Positions 44,125 to 55,570 of a DNA stretch of 64,000 nt are shown here, one piece after another (position 1 is the stretch's first letter; every line of letters begins with the position of its first letter). Under the pieces are notes generated by a model, which did no database searches, was not told the origin of the DNA, and saw only the letters and a list, made by a program, of their open reading frames with translations. A program made the translations under genes and the position numbers. This DNA comes from Eledone cirrhosa (taxonomy: Eukaryota), in the NCBI GenBank assembly GCA_964016885.1, contig OZ024742.1:29884001-29948000 (forward strand). Reading direction: 5' to 3'.

Positions 44125-44567
44125 GTGAAGAAGTGAAGAGGAAAGGGGGAGCGCCTCCTCTCTGGGCTTCCCCCGCGAAAAGAGTTGCACACTTTTCGGG
44201 GGTATGTGCAATCCCCAACACGCCCCCTCCCTTTTGAGGACTTTTTATTGTTATATTATTATTGTTATTCCTTTTTTCTTTACTCGATTTATGTAAACTC
44301 CCCCACTGTGTAAATGTCCCCTTCTTTTGTGCCCTCGTGGCAAATAAATAGAAATTTATCTATCTTGATAGAGTAAGACACGCTTCGCATCGGCTCCGCT
44401 ATTCCATCGGGATTTACCCTTACTATTGTAAGTACCGGATAAATTTTTTAGTGCAACACATTTGGAACACTAACCCCTGTTATTTAGGGAAACATTTTTG
44501 CATTTACCCCCTTTTTAGGGGGTAAAATAAATATCTATTTTTGCCGAAAAATTTCTTTCTTGGCAGC

Positions 44568-46403
44568 ATGGCGGAAAAGATGGCAGACATGTCTGCCATT
44601 AGCTCTGCCACGCCCCCCAAGTCTGAAGAACAAAAAATAATTACAACAAAATTAGACATTGAAACAAACAAACAAAATGAAAAAACAAATGTTAAGGAAA
44701 ATGAGCAAACAGAAAACAAACAAACAGAAAATAATACAAATAACGACAGGGCAACTTTCGCCCAGAAAACAAAGCAATCCATTACATACACACCAATTGA
44801 CCTAACTGCCGCCAGAGAAAAACTGGCCGAAGCAAAGAAACATATTGTTTTGGGGGAAAACGGAATGTTTTCCATTAACTCCCCCCCAGAATTCAAGAAA
44901 GCCAGAGCAGAAAACACAGTTATATACAGAACTATACTAAACCAGTCAAGAAAGCCAGCACAGCCCAGCCAAATGGAAATAGAGTTAGTCCTAAAAGACT
45001 ATATGAAGAATATTCTCTTCATACGAAAGGACCGACTCTATGGCAGCATTTCGGTCCTAACAAGAGACAAAGAAACGGCGGTTCAGCTTTCCCTAAGCCC
45101 ACTCTCGTCGACAACATATAGCTTCTATCCCTCCTACATGGGTAGAAGAACACAGAGGGTAAAAGTAAAAACAATGCTGCCCACAATGGACTTCTGGTGG
45201 GCTATTGCTGGCTTCATTGATATGGGCGAAGACACTATGCTGTCAATGGGGAAGGCAACTGGAGATGCGTTCCTGGGAATGGGCCTCGACATACTAGTCC
45301 AAATGAGGCCCGAAAGAATAGCACAAATCCCGGATCGCATCTGGCTGGATGACCTTACCCCAATAGACATAATTGTAGAGGGGAGAAGACCAGCATGCTA
45401 TTTATGCATGGAAAGGGGACACGTTAAGGCTAACTGCCCGAAACGTATCCCCCAAAAAGGACTATTGCCCACACCCACCACAAACAGTACACCAGCACCA
45501 CCCACCTCCAAAAATACACTAATACCACACACAGCAAACAAAATACAGACACCACCAACCACAAACACAACACAAACATCACCACCACCAGCACCAAACA
45601 CAAGCACGACACAAAAATCACCACCACCAACCACAACACAAACATCACCACCACCATTACCAACCACAAGCACGACACAAACATTACCACCACCACCACC
45701 ACAAAACCCATTCCAAACAAATAATAAAAAAAACAGTAACAAATCTACCCCTCCCGCAAAAAAAAAACAACCACACAACACGTCCCTCCCACCTAGCGCT
45801 GAAGAGTTTCCCCCAACTTCTGAAGAAGAAGGAGGAGAAGCCTTCAGACAAGTTAAAAGAAAAAAAAGAAAACACACACCCAGCACACCACAAATAACCC
45901 ACACACAAACACCAACTCCAATCAAAAACACCCCACCCTCAACAAACAAAAATAAATCTGCGCCTCCCCTCTCCGAAACATTGACAGCATCACAAAAAAA
46001 GACGTTGCAATACACATATATAAATAAAGAAAACAAAAAACTGGTTAAATTAATAAACAATAACCCTATGGTGCAGACCGAAGGGCCAAACTTTATCTCA
46101 ACAGAGAACTTCACCCATTTAAAAATGATAAAGGTCCCTCTGGACCTTTATCGTTCCTTAAAAGAACAATTTAGACGGGACGTGAGCCCCCCCTGTTTAA
46201 AACCGTTGAATCGCGTCCTCTTGAAAGATTTCCCCATAACCGCCCCTCTCCCTGACACAACTCCAAATACCCCAACCCCACCACACACGTGTACCCCCAC
46301 ACCACCACAAAACATCCCTCCACCCAACACACCTGATGCCATGGAAATTACGCAACCCGGAGAGGTAAGTGCTTTTCTTTCTTCACTTTCAACACCAAAA
46401 TAG
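44568..46403 (+). CDS. LINE ORF1, copy 2
   Basis: Intact; differs from copy 1 at TQRIK->TQRVK and ITPPG->ITQPG. Confidence 0.9.
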   Translation: MAEKMADMSAISSATPPKSEEQKIITTKLDIETNKQNEKTNVKENEQTENKQTENNTNNDRATFAQKTKQSITYTPIDLTAAREKLAEAKKHIVLGENGMFSINSPPEFKKARAENTVIYRTILNQSRKPAQPSQMEIELVLKDYMKNILFIRKDRLYGSISVLTRDKETAVQLSLSPLSSTTYSFYPSYMGRRTQRVKVKTMLPTMDFWWAIAGFIDMGEDTMLSMGKATGDAFLGMGLDILVQMRPERIAQIPDRIWLDDLTPIDIIVEGRRPACYLCMERGHVKANCPKRIPQKGLLPTPTTNSTPAPPTSKNTLIPHTANKIQTPPTTNTTQTSPPPAPNTSTTQKSPPPTTTQTSPPPLPTTSTTQTLPPPPPQNPFQTNNKKNSNKSTPPAKKKQPHNTSLPPSAEEFPPTSEEEGGEAFRQVKRKKRKHTPSTPQITHTQTPTPIKNTPPSTNKNKSAPPLSETLTASQKKTLQYTYINKENKKLVKLINNNPMVQTEGPNFISTENFTHLKMIKVPLDLYRSLKEQFRRDVSPPCLKPLNRVLLKDFPITAPLPDTTPNTPTPPHTCTPTPPQNIPPPNTPDAMEITQPGEVSAFLSSLSTPK

Positions 46404-46408
46404 ATCAA

Positions 46409-49400
46409 TTGAGAGTTGGCTGTTTGAACGCGCGTGGCCTGAGCTCAGCTTGGAAGCAAGCAAAGCTTCTAAGTGACCTCAGGTCACAAAGTATAGATGT
46501 GATGGTTGTTTGCGAGAGTCGGATCAGCAGCGTGAGACAGCTGGCGCCCGCCTTCGATGACTTTGAGATGCACGCATCTCTCTGTCAACCCGGAGGCGGG
46601 GGGGGAGTTGCCGTACTGCTGGATAAACGTCTGACTCTCGACGTACAGATTGTTCACTCGGACCCGGGGGGTCGATTACTGGTGCTGGACGTCGGAGGTG
46701 GTGAAGGCGGGGCTTTCAGACTGGTCGGTCTTTATGCTCCCTTCGGGGCGGAGAGAGCCGACTTCTTCCAACGTCTGGAGACTTTTCTAGGAACGTCGCG
46801 TTCCCTGCTTTTAGTGGGGGACTGGAATGGAATCCTAGATGCGCGTTGGGACTATGCAGGGGCATGTCCCGATAGAGGGGGGTGTAGCATCCTCAAGGGG
46901 TTACTCGATCGATTCGACCTGGTCGATAGATTTCGACTAGATTGTCCAACTGCGCCAACCTGGACCTGGGCAAACCGCAGTGGACAATCTAGATCGTACC
47001 TAGATAGGTTTTTGGTTAGGAGTAAGGATAGGGACGTATTTAGTTGTCCAGAACTGATCATGGTTGGCTATTCAGATCACAAATTAGTGACCTGCGTGGT
47101 CAACCTTGATAGAACGCATAGACAGGGTCCCGGTTACTGGAAGATGAACTTGTCCTTACCGACAAAGAAAGATTACAGAAACCGGATTAGTAGCTTAGTT
47201 AAGATGCGGTTGACGGGAGCGATCGTCAACAGTAGGTGGTGGATATCTCTAAAGAGAGAGATTAGAGTAAGTTCGATAGGTTACAGTAAGGAACTAGCGG
47301 CGAATAGAAATAGGAGGGAAAGGGAGTTAACAGATAAACTAGAAGAGGCGATTAGGAGCGGAGACGTAGCCAGAGTGTTAGCGACGAGAACGGCATTGAG
47401 CCAGTTCTTTGACGCGAAGCACGAAGGCTGCGTTGTCCGAAGTAAAATACGTGCTTTAGGAAACGAGGGGACCAAAGCTGTTAGCTGGGCCCGCGTGACA
47501 GAAGCCAAGAGTGGGATTAAATCCACCATTCGGTCTTTGCGAGACCAGGATGGACGGGTGATCCTTGAACCTGAGCGAATGTGCGAGACCTTTCAAAGGC
47601 ACTTTGCTCGACTGTTCGGAGGTGGCGGGGGGCCGGACGGGGATGTGGACTTCGGTCCATACCTCGACGGTCTACCGCGTCTTTCGAGCGGCGAAGCGGA
47701 GTGCTGCGAAGGGCCAATCACAGCCACTGAAATCGGGGAAGCGCTCAGCCAATGCAGCAGACGCAAATCCCCGGGTCTCGATGGTCTACCATACGAACTT
47801 TATTTAGCTATGCCGGTCTTGTTCTCCGAACTCCTCGAGGCTGTCTATTGCAACTGGCAACAGAACGGGAGAATTCCCTGTTCTGTGACCAAGGGCGTGG
47901 TCACGCTAGTGAGGAAGGACGAGAGCAAGGGGGACGACTTAAGTAACTTTAGGCCCATAACTCTGCTGAATGCAGAGTTACAGATTTTGGCCAAGGTGTT
48001 GGCGAAGAGGTTGGCGCTTGTGGTGGGTGGTTTGGTGGGAGACGCGCAGACATGCGCTATCCCGTCCAGGTCCATTCACGACAACCTCCACCTCATGCGA
48101 TACATCATAGAGAGGGTTGGCTACGAACCCGGCTTTGGTGGGGCCCTGATCAACTTGGATCAATCTAAGGCGTTCGATAGGGTCGACCATGGTTACCTGG
48201 ATGCGGTGCTAGCGGCGGCGGGCTTCGGACCCGTTTTCAGGGGCTGGATTTCTGCCATGCACAGTGGCAACATCTACTCTAGGATTAAAGTAAACGGCTA
48301 CCTCTCGGAGCCGTTTCAAATCACCCGATCCATCAGACAGGGGTGCCCCCTCTCCTCCCTTCTGTACGTATTGACTCTCGAGCCACTGCTGCGGAAGTTG
48401 GAGTTGCTGCGGGGCATACCCCTGGAACCGGGATTGCACAAAGCGGTCTCGGCCTATGCCGACGACGTAACAGTAATGGTGGCGGACGCCTCGGAAATCG
48501 GGGCGATCGCCACCCTACTGGAGGAATACGAAAGGCTGACGGGGGCTAAGCTGAACCAGGACAAGTCAGTCGGTTTGCAACTCGGAACGTGGAGGGGCAA
48601 ACCGATGCCGTTAGACGGTGTCGTCGGGCGGTGGACGGAGGGCCCGGTGAAGCTGCTCGGGGTCTGGTTCGGACCGGACCTCCAGGTGGAGAAGAATTGG
48701 GGCGAGGTGACGAGCAGGGTGTTTGCGCTGACCCAGAAGTGGGCCAAGTGCAAACTATCACTGAAAGGTCGGGCGGAGGTGACGAACGCTTACATAGCGT
48801 CCGTCATCTACTACCGCCTGACCGTCGTGCCTTGCCCCAAGGAAAAGCTCACCATCATGGAACGCATGCTCTTCCAGTTCCTCTGGAAGAAGCGGCCTCC
48901 CATGGTGAGGAGATCCATCTGCTGCCAGCACCCTTCGAAAGGAGGGCTGGGTATGCCGTGGCTGTTGATGCGTAGGCACGCATTGAGGCTACGGCATCTA
49001 CAGGTATTCCTCAACGGTCAGCCGGTGTGGGCCCCGTTTGTGAGGCGAGCCTTCCCACAGCTCGTCTCGCTCACCGAACTGCAATCCTGGGTGAAGCAAA
49101 GACCGAGAAAACTGGGCAACTGGCACACTGAGTGTGCCCAGGCGCTCACGGCTATCTGGCAAGCGGACCCGACTGTCAGTGGAGAATCCACCTCGACATT
49201 CTATAGAGGGTTGGTGGCTAGCAGGGGCGACGACACCCTTGGAGAGTCGCTAGGCATGGAGGAGGACGAACTGGCCAGCCTGTTCGGTAGAACTTTCGGC
49301 CCGGGACCCATGGACAACTTCCAGAGGTCCCTAGCCTGGCAGTGTTACCGGGGGGCTCTGCCCGTTCGAGAAAAGCTCTACAGACACGGGCGCCCGGGCA

Positions 49401-49837
49401 GGGATCCCGCGAAAAAGATCTGTCCCAGATGCGTGCGCGACGAGGAAACCGTTGCGCATGCACTGGTACACTGCCCGGGCGTTGCCGATCTGTGGGGCTA
49501 CGTCGAACGACTGCTGTCGCGTGTGGCGCCGATTCGATTAACCGCCGAGTCTGTGGTGAACATCAAGCCGCCTCCTCCCTTCAGAAATGAAGCAGAGGCG
49601 GTCTTTCTGTGCGTAATAGCCATGATGAAAGAGGTTGTGTGGTGGACGCGCCTGAAAGGTCTGAGGTCGGGTGACTTTCTCTCCGGCCATCACCTGGTTT
49701 ACTTCTTCCGATACCACTTCGGAAGAAGAATCAGGATGGAGAGAGAAGTGCTTGGTCCCAGACAGTTTTATGAAAGGTGGGTGAAAGAAGCGCGAATGGC
49801 CCGTGTAAATGGGCCTTCTCTCTACATTGTTCTGTAG
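46409..49837 (+). CDS. LINE ORF2 (APE-RT-ZnF), copy 2
   Basis: Intact 1142 codons with all catalytic motifs; a few substitutions versus copies 1 and 3. Confidence 0.95.
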   Translation: MRVGCLNARGLSSAWKQAKLLSDLRSQSIDVMVVCESRISSVRQLAPAFDDFEMHASLCQPGGGGGVAVLLDKRLTLDVQIVHSDPGGRLLVLDVGGGEGGAFRLVGLYAPFGAERADFFQRLETFLGTSRSLLLVGDWNGILDARWDYAGACPDRGGCSILKGLLDRFDLVDRFRLDCPTAPTWTWANRSGQSRSYLDRFLVRSKDRDVFSCPELIMVGYSDHKLVTCVVNLDRTHRQGPGYWKMNLSLPTKKDYRNRISSLVKMRLTGAIVNSRWWISLKREIRVSSIGYSKELAANRNRRERELTDKLEEAIRSGDVARVLATRTALSQFFDAKHEGCVVRSKIRALGNEGTKAVSWARVTEAKSGIKSTIRSLRDQDGRVILEPERMCETFQRHFARLFGGGGGPDGDVDFGPYLDGLPRLSSGEAECCEGPITATEIGEALSQCSRRKSPGLDGLPYELYLAMPVLFSELLEAVYCNWQQNGRIPCSVTKGVVTLVRKDESKGDDLSNFRPITLLNAELQILAKVLAKRLALVVGGLVGDAQTCAIPSRSIHDNLHLMRYIIERVGYEPGFGGALINLDQSKAFDRVDHGYLDAVLAAAGFGPVFRGWISAMHSGNIYSRIKVNGYLSEPFQITRSIRQGCPLSSLLYVLTLEPLLRKLELLRGIPLEPGLHKAVSAYADDVTVMVADASEIGAIATLLEEYERLTGAKLNQDKSVGLQLGTWRGKPMPLDGVVGRWTEGPVKLLGVWFGPDLQVEKNWGEVTSRVFALTQKWAKCKLSLKGRAEVTNAYIASVIYYRLTVVPCPKEKLTIMERMLFQFLWKKRPPMVRRSICCQHPSKGGLGMPWLLMRRHALRLRHLQVFLNGQPVWAPFVRRAFPQLVSLTELQSWVKQRPRKLGNWHTECAQALTAIWQADPTVSGESTSTFYRGLVASRGDDTLGESLGMEEDELASLFGRTFGPGPMDNFQRSLAWQCYRGALPVREKLYRHGRPGRDPAKKICPRCVRDEETVAHALVHCPGVADLWGYVERLLSRVAPIRLTAESVVNIKPPPPFRNEAEAVFLCVIAMMKEVVWWTRLKGLRSGDFLSGHHLVYFFRYHFGRRIRMEREVLGPRQFYERWVKEARMARVNGPSLYIVL

Positions 49838-50300
49838 GTGAAGAAGTGAAGAGGAAAGGGGGAGCGCCTCCTCTCTGGGCTTCCCCCGCGAAAAGAGTTG
49901 CACACTTTTCGGGGGTATGTGCAATCCCCAACACGCCCCCTCCCTTTTGAGGACTTTTTATTGTTATATTATTATTGTTATTCCTTTTTTCTTTACTCGA
50001 TTTATGTAAACTCCCCCACTGTGTAAATGTCCCCTTCTTTTGTGCCCTCATGGCAAATAAATAGAAATTTATCTATCTATCTATCTATCTATCTATCTTG
50101 ATAGAGTAAGACACGCTTCGCATCGGCTCCGCTATTCCATCGGGATTTACCCTTACTATTGTAAGTACCGGATAAATTTTTTAGTGCAACACATTTGGAA
50201 CACTAACCCCTGTTATTTAGGGAAACATTTTTGCATTTACCCCCTTTTTAGGGGGTAAAATAAATATCTATTTTTGCCGAAAAATTTCTTTCTTGGCAGC

Positions 50301-52136
50301 ATGGCGGAAAAGATGGCAGACATGTCTGCCATTAGCTCTGCCACGCCCCCCAAGTCTGAAGAACAAAAAATAATTACAACAAAATTAGACATTGAAACAA
50401 ACAAACAAAATGAAAAAACAAATGTTAAGGAAAATGAGCAAACAGAAAACAAACAAACAGAAAATAATACAAATAACGACAGGGCAACTTTCGCCCAGAA
50501 AACAAAGCAATCCATTACATACACACCAATTGACCTAACTGCCGCCAGAGAAAAACTGGCCGAAGCAAAGAAACATATTGTTTTGGGGGAAAACGGAATG
50601 TTTTCCATTAACTCCCCCCCAGAATTCAAGAAAGCCAGAGCAGAAAACACAGTTATATACAGAACTATACTAAACCAGTCAAGAAAGCCAGCACAGCCCA
50701 GCCAAATGGAAATAGAGTTAGTCCTAAAAGACTATATGAAGAATATTCTCTTCATACGAAAGGACCGACTCTATGGCAGCATTTCGGTCCTAACAAGAGA
50801 CAAAGAAACGGCGGTTCAGCTTTCCCTAAGCCCACTCTCGTCGACAACATATAGCTTCTATCCCTCCTACATGGGTAGAAGAACTCAGAGAATAAAAGTA
50901 AAAACAATGCTGCCCACAATGGACTTCTGGTGGGCTATTGCTGGCTTCATTGATATGGGCGAAGACACTATGCTGTCAATGGGGAAGGCAACTGGAGATG
51001 CGTTCCTGGGAATGGGCCTCGACATACTAGTCCAAATGAGGCCCGAAAGAATAGCACAAATCCCGGATCGCATCTGGCTGGATGACCTTACCCCAATAGA
51101 CATAATTGTAGAGGGGAGAAGACCAGCATGCTATTTATGCATGGAAAGGGGACACGTTAAGGCTAACTGCCCGAAACGTATCCCCCAAAAAGGACTATTG
51201 CCCACACCCACCACAAACAGTACACCAGCACCACCCACCTCCAAAAATACACTAATACCACACACAGCAAACAAAATACAGACACCACCAACCACAAACA
51301 CAACACAAACATCACCACCACCAGCACCAAACACAAGCACGACACAAAAATCACCACCACCAACCACAACACAAACATCACCACCACCATTACCAACCAC
51401 AAGCACGACACAAACATTACCACCACCACCACCACAAAACCCATTCCAAACAAATAATAAAAAAAACAGTAACAAATCTACCCCTCCCGCAAAAAAAAAA
51501 CAACCACACAACACGTCCCTCCCACCTAGCGCTGAAGAGTTTCCCCCAACTTCTGAAGAAGAAGGAGGAGAAGCCTTCAGACAAGTTAAAAGAAAAAAAA
51601 GAAAACACACACCCAGCACACCACAAATAACCCACACACAAACACCAACTCCAATCAAAAACACCCCACCCTCAACAAACAAAAATAAATCTGCGCCTCC
51701 CCTCTCCGAAACATTGACAGCATCACAAAAAAAGACGTTGCAATACACATATATAAATAAAGAAAACAAAAAACTGGTTAAATTAATAAACAATAACCCT
51801 ATGGTGCAGACCGAAGGGCCAAACTTTATCTCAACAGAGAACTTCACCCATTTAAAAATGATAAAGGTCCCTCTGGACCTTTATCGTTCCTTAAAAGAAC
51901 AATTTAGACGGGACGTGAGCCCCCCCTGTTTAAAACCGTTGAATCGCGTCCTCTTGAAAGATTTCCCCATAACCGCCCCTCTCCCTGACACAACTCCAAA
52001 TACCCCAACCCCACCACACACGTGTACCCCCACACCACCACAAAACATCCCTCCACCCAACACACCTGATGCCATGGAAATTACGCCACCCGGAGAGGTA
52101 AGTGCTTTTCTTTCTTCACTTTCAACACCAAAATAG
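50301..52136 (+). CDS. LINE ORF1, copy 3
   Basis: Intact; protein matches copy 1 in the ORF track. Confidence 0.9.
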   Translation: MAEKMADMSAISSATPPKSEEQKIITTKLDIETNKQNEKTNVKENEQTENKQTENNTNNDRATFAQKTKQSITYTPIDLTAAREKLAEAKKHIVLGENGMFSINSPPEFKKARAENTVIYRTILNQSRKPAQPSQMEIELVLKDYMKNILFIRKDRLYGSISVLTRDKETAVQLSLSPLSSTTYSFYPSYMGRRTQRIKVKTMLPTMDFWWAIAGFIDMGEDTMLSMGKATGDAFLGMGLDILVQMRPERIAQIPDRIWLDDLTPIDIIVEGRRPACYLCMERGHVKANCPKRIPQKGLLPTPTTNSTPAPPTSKNTLIPHTANKIQTPPTTNTTQTSPPPAPNTSTTQKSPPPTTTQTSPPPLPTTSTTQTLPPPPPQNPFQTNNKKNSNKSTPPAKKKQPHNTSLPPSAEEFPPTSEEEGGEAFRQVKRKKRKHTPSTPQITHTQTPTPIKNTPPSTNKNKSAPPLSETLTASQKKTLQYTYINKENKKLVKLINNNPMVQTEGPNFISTENFTHLKMIKVPLDLYRSLKEQFRRDVSPPCLKPLNRVLLKDFPITAPLPDTTPNTPTPPHTCTPTPPQNIPPPNTPDAMEITPPGEVSAFLSSLSTPK

Positions 52137-52141
52137 ATCAA

Positions 52142-55100
52142 TTGAGAGTTGGCTGTTTGAACGCGCGTGGCCTGAGCTCAGCTTGGAAGCAAGCAAAGCT
52201 TCTAAGTGACCTCAGGTCACAAAGTATAGATGTGATGGTTGTTTGCGAGAGTCGGATCAGCAGCGTGAGACAGCTGGCGCCCGCCTTCGATGACTTTGAG
52301 ATGCACGCATCTCTCTGTCAACCCGGAGGCGGGGGGGGAGTTGCCGTACTGCTGGATAAACGTCTGACTCTCGACGTACAGATTGTTCACTCGGACCCGG
52401 GGGGTCGATTACTGGTGCTGGACGTCGGAGGTGGTGAAGGCGGGGCTTTCAGACTGGTCGGTCTTTATGCTCCCTTCGGGGCGGAGAGAGCCGACTTCTT
52501 CCAACGTCTGGAGACTTTTCTAGGAACGTCGCGTTCCCTGCTTTTAGTGGGGGACTGGAATGGAATCCTAGATGCGCGTTGGGACTATGCAGGGGCATGT
52601 CCCGATAGAGGGGGGTGTAGCAGCCTCAAGGGGTTACTCGATCGATTCGACCTGGTCGATAGATTTCGACTAGATTGTCCAACTGCGCCAACCTGGACCT
52701 GGGCAAACCGCAGTGGACAATCTAGATCGTACCTAGATAGGTTTTTGGTTAGGAGTAAGGATAGGGACGTATTTAGTTGTCCAGAACTGATCATGGTTGG
52801 CTATTCAGATCACAAATTAGTGACCTGCGTGGTCAACCTTGATAGAACGCATAGACAGGGTCCCGGTTACTGGAAGATGAACTTGTCCTTACCGACAAAG
52901 AAAGATTACAGAAACCGGATTAGTAGCTTAGTTAAGATGCGGTTGACGGGAGCGATCGTCAACAGTAGGTGGTGGATATCTCTAAAGAGAGAGATTAGAG
53001 TAAGTTCGATAGGTTACAGTAAGGAACTAGCGGCGAATACAAATAGGAGGGAAAGGGAGTTAACAGATAAACTAGAAGAGGCGATTAGGAGCGGAGACGT
53101 AGCCAGAGTGTTAGCGACGAGAACGGCATTGAGCCAGTTCTTTGACGCGAAGCACGAAGGCTGCGTTGTCCGAAGTAAAATACGTGCTTTAGGAAACGAG
53201 GGGACCAAAGCTGTTAGCTGGGCCCGCGTGACAGAAGCCAAGAGTGGGATTAAATCCACCATTCGGTCTTTGCGAGACCAGGATGGACGGGTGATCCTTG
53301 AACCTGAGCGAATGTGCGAGACCTTTCAAAGGCACTTTGCTCGACTGTTCGGAGGTGGCGGGGGGCCGGACGGGGATGTGGACTTCGGTCCATACCTCGA
53401 CGGTCTACCGCGTCTTTCGAGCGGCGAAGCGGAGTGCTGCGAAGGGCCAATCACAGCCACTGAAATCGGGGAAGCGCTCAGCCAATGCAGCAGACGCAAA
53501 TCCCCGGGTCTCGATGGTCTACCATACGAACTTTATTTAGCTATGCCGGTCTTGTTCTCCGAACTCCTCGAGGCTGTCTATTGCAACTGGCAACAGAACG
53601 GGAGAATTCCCTGTTCTGTGACCAAGGGCGTGGTCACGCTAGTGAGGAAGGACGAGAGCAAGGGGGACGACTTAAGTAACTTTAGGCCCATAACTCTGCT
53701 GAATGCAGAGTTACAGATTTTGGCCAAGGTGTTGACGAAGAGGTTGGCGCTTGTGGTGGGTGGTTTGGTGGGAGACGCGCAGACATGCGCTATCCCGTCC
53801 AGGTCCATTCACGACAACCTCCACCTCATGCGATACATCATAGAGAGGGTTGGCTACGAACCCGGCTTTGGTGGGGCCCTGATCAACTTGGATCAATCTA
53901 AGGCGTTCGATAGGGTCGACCATGGTTACCTGGATGCGGTGCTAGCGGCGGCGGGCTTCGGACCCGTTTTCAGGGGCTGGATTTCTGCCATGCACAGTGG
54001 CAACATCTACTCTAGGATTAAAGTAAACGGCTACCTCTCGGAGCCGTTTCAAATCACCCGATCCATCAGACAGGGGTGCCCCCTCTCCTCCCTTCTGTAC
54101 GTATTGACTCTCGAGCCACTGCTGCGGAAGTTGGAGTTGCTGCGGGGCATACCCCTGGAACCGGGATTGCACAAAGCGGTCTCGGCCTATGCCGATGACG
54201 TAACAGTAATGGTGGCGGACGCCTCGGAAATCGGGGCGATCGCCACCCTACTGGAGGAATACGAAAGGCTGACGGGGGCTAAGCTGAACCAGGACAAGTC
54301 AGTCGGTTTGCAACTCGGAACGTGGAGGGGCAAACCGATGCCGTTAGACGGTGTCGTCGGGCGGTGGACGGAGGGCCCGGTGAAGCTGCTCGGGGTCTGG
54401 TTCGGACCGGACCTCCAGGTGGAGAAGAATTGGGGCGAGGTGACGAGCAGGGTGTTTGCGCTGACCCAGAAGTGGGCCAAGTGCAAACTATCACTGAAAG
54501 GTCGGGCGGAGGTGACGAACGCTTACATAGCGTCCGTCATCTACTACCGCCTGACCGTCGTGCCTTGCCCCAAGGAAAAGCTCACCATCATGGAACGCAT
54601 GCTCTTCCAGTTCCTCTGGAAGAAGCGGCCTCCCATGGTGAGGAGATCCATCTGCTGCCAGCACCCTTCGAAAGGAGGGCTGGGTATGCCGTGGCTGTTG
54701 ATGCGTAGGCACGCATTGAGGCTACGGCATCTACAGGTATTCCTCAACGGTCAGCCGGTGTGGGCCCCGTTTGTGAGGCGAGCCTTCCCACAGCTCGTCT
54801 CGCTCACCGAACTGCAATCCTGGGTGAAGCAAAGACCGAGAAAACTGGGCAACTGGCACACTGAGTGTGCCCAGGCGCTCACGGCTATCTGGCAAGCGGA
54901 CCCGACTGTCAGTGGAGAATCCACCTCGACATTCTATAGAGGGTTGGTGGCTAGCAGGGGCGACGACACCCTTGGAGAGTCGCTAGGCATGGAGGAGGAC
55001 GAACTGGCCAGCCTGTTCGGTAGAACTTTCGGCCCGGGACCCATGGACAACTTCCAGAGGTCCCTAGCCTGGCAGTGTTACCGGGGGGCTCTGCCCGTTC

Positions 55101-55570
55101 GAGAAAAGCTCTACAGACACGGGCGCCCGGGCAGGGATCCCGCGAAAAAGATCTGTCCCAGATGCGTGCGCGACGAGGAAACCGTTGCGCATGCACTGGT
55201 ACACTGCCCGGGCGTTGCCGATCTGTGGGGCTACGTCGAACGACTGCTGTCGCGTGTGGCGCCGATTCGATTAACCGCCGAGTCTGTGGTGAACATCAAG
55301 CCGCCTCCTCCCTTCAGAAATGAAGCAGAGGCGGTCTTTCTGTGCGTAATAGCCATGATGAAAGAGGTTGTGTGGTGGACGCGCCTGAAAGGTCTGAGGT
55401 CGGGTGACTTTCTCTCCGGCCATCACCTGGTTTACTTCTTCCGATACCACTTCGGAAGAAGAATCAGGATGGAGAGAGAAGTGCTTGGTCCCAGACAGTT
55501 TTATGAAAGGTGGGTGAAAGAAGCGAGAATGGCCCGTGTAAATGGGCCTTCTCTCTACATTGTTCTGTAG
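52142..55570 (+). CDS. LINE ORF2 (APE-RT-ZnF), copy 3
   Basis: Intact 1142 codons with all catalytic motifs. Confidence 0.95.
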   Translation: MRVGCLNARGLSSAWKQAKLLSDLRSQSIDVMVVCESRISSVRQLAPAFDDFEMHASLCQPGGGGGVAVLLDKRLTLDVQIVHSDPGGRLLVLDVGGGEGGAFRLVGLYAPFGAERADFFQRLETFLGTSRSLLLVGDWNGILDARWDYAGACPDRGGCSSLKGLLDRFDLVDRFRLDCPTAPTWTWANRSGQSRSYLDRFLVRSKDRDVFSCPELIMVGYSDHKLVTCVVNLDRTHRQGPGYWKMNLSLPTKKDYRNRISSLVKMRLTGAIVNSRWWISLKREIRVSSIGYSKELAANTNRRERELTDKLEEAIRSGDVARVLATRTALSQFFDAKHEGCVVRSKIRALGNEGTKAVSWARVTEAKSGIKSTIRSLRDQDGRVILEPERMCETFQRHFARLFGGGGGPDGDVDFGPYLDGLPRLSSGEAECCEGPITATEIGEALSQCSRRKSPGLDGLPYELYLAMPVLFSELLEAVYCNWQQNGRIPCSVTKGVVTLVRKDESKGDDLSNFRPITLLNAELQILAKVLTKRLALVVGGLVGDAQTCAIPSRSIHDNLHLMRYIIERVGYEPGFGGALINLDQSKAFDRVDHGYLDAVLAAAGFGPVFRGWISAMHSGNIYSRIKVNGYLSEPFQITRSIRQGCPLSSLLYVLTLEPLLRKLELLRGIPLEPGLHKAVSAYADDVTVMVADASEIGAIATLLEEYERLTGAKLNQDKSVGLQLGTWRGKPMPLDGVVGRWTEGPVKLLGVWFGPDLQVEKNWGEVTSRVFALTQKWAKCKLSLKGRAEVTNAYIASVIYYRLTVVPCPKEKLTIMERMLFQFLWKKRPPMVRRSICCQHPSKGGLGMPWLLMRRHALRLRHLQVFLNGQPVWAPFVRRAFPQLVSLTELQSWVKQRPRKLGNWHTECAQALTAIWQADPTVSGESTSTFYRGLVASRGDDTLGESLGMEEDELASLFGRTFGPGPMDNFQRSLAWQCYRGALPVREKLYRHGRPGRDPAKKICPRCVRDEETVAHALVHCPGVADLWGYVERLLSRVAPIRLTAESVVNIKPPPPFRNEAEAVFLCVIAMMKEVVWWTRLKGLRSGDFLSGHHLVYFFRYHFGRRIRMEREVLGPRQFYERWVKEARMARVNGPSLYIVL

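Larger units (their letters stand above)
38653..44356 (+). mobile_element. Full-length Tx1-type (L1 superfamily) non-LTR retrotransposon, copy 1
   Basis: Starts TGATAGAGTAAGACAC directly after (TATC)7T; about 200-bp 5' UTR, ORF1, ORF2, about 230-bp 3' UTR ending GGCAAATAAATAGAAATT followed by (TATC)2T; no poly(A). Confidence 0.95.
44366..50069 (+). mobile_element. Full-length Tx1-type LINE, copy 2
   Basis: Same 5' and 3' ends as copy 1, offset 5713 bp; preceded by (TATC)2T and followed by (TATC)7T. Confidence 0.95.
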
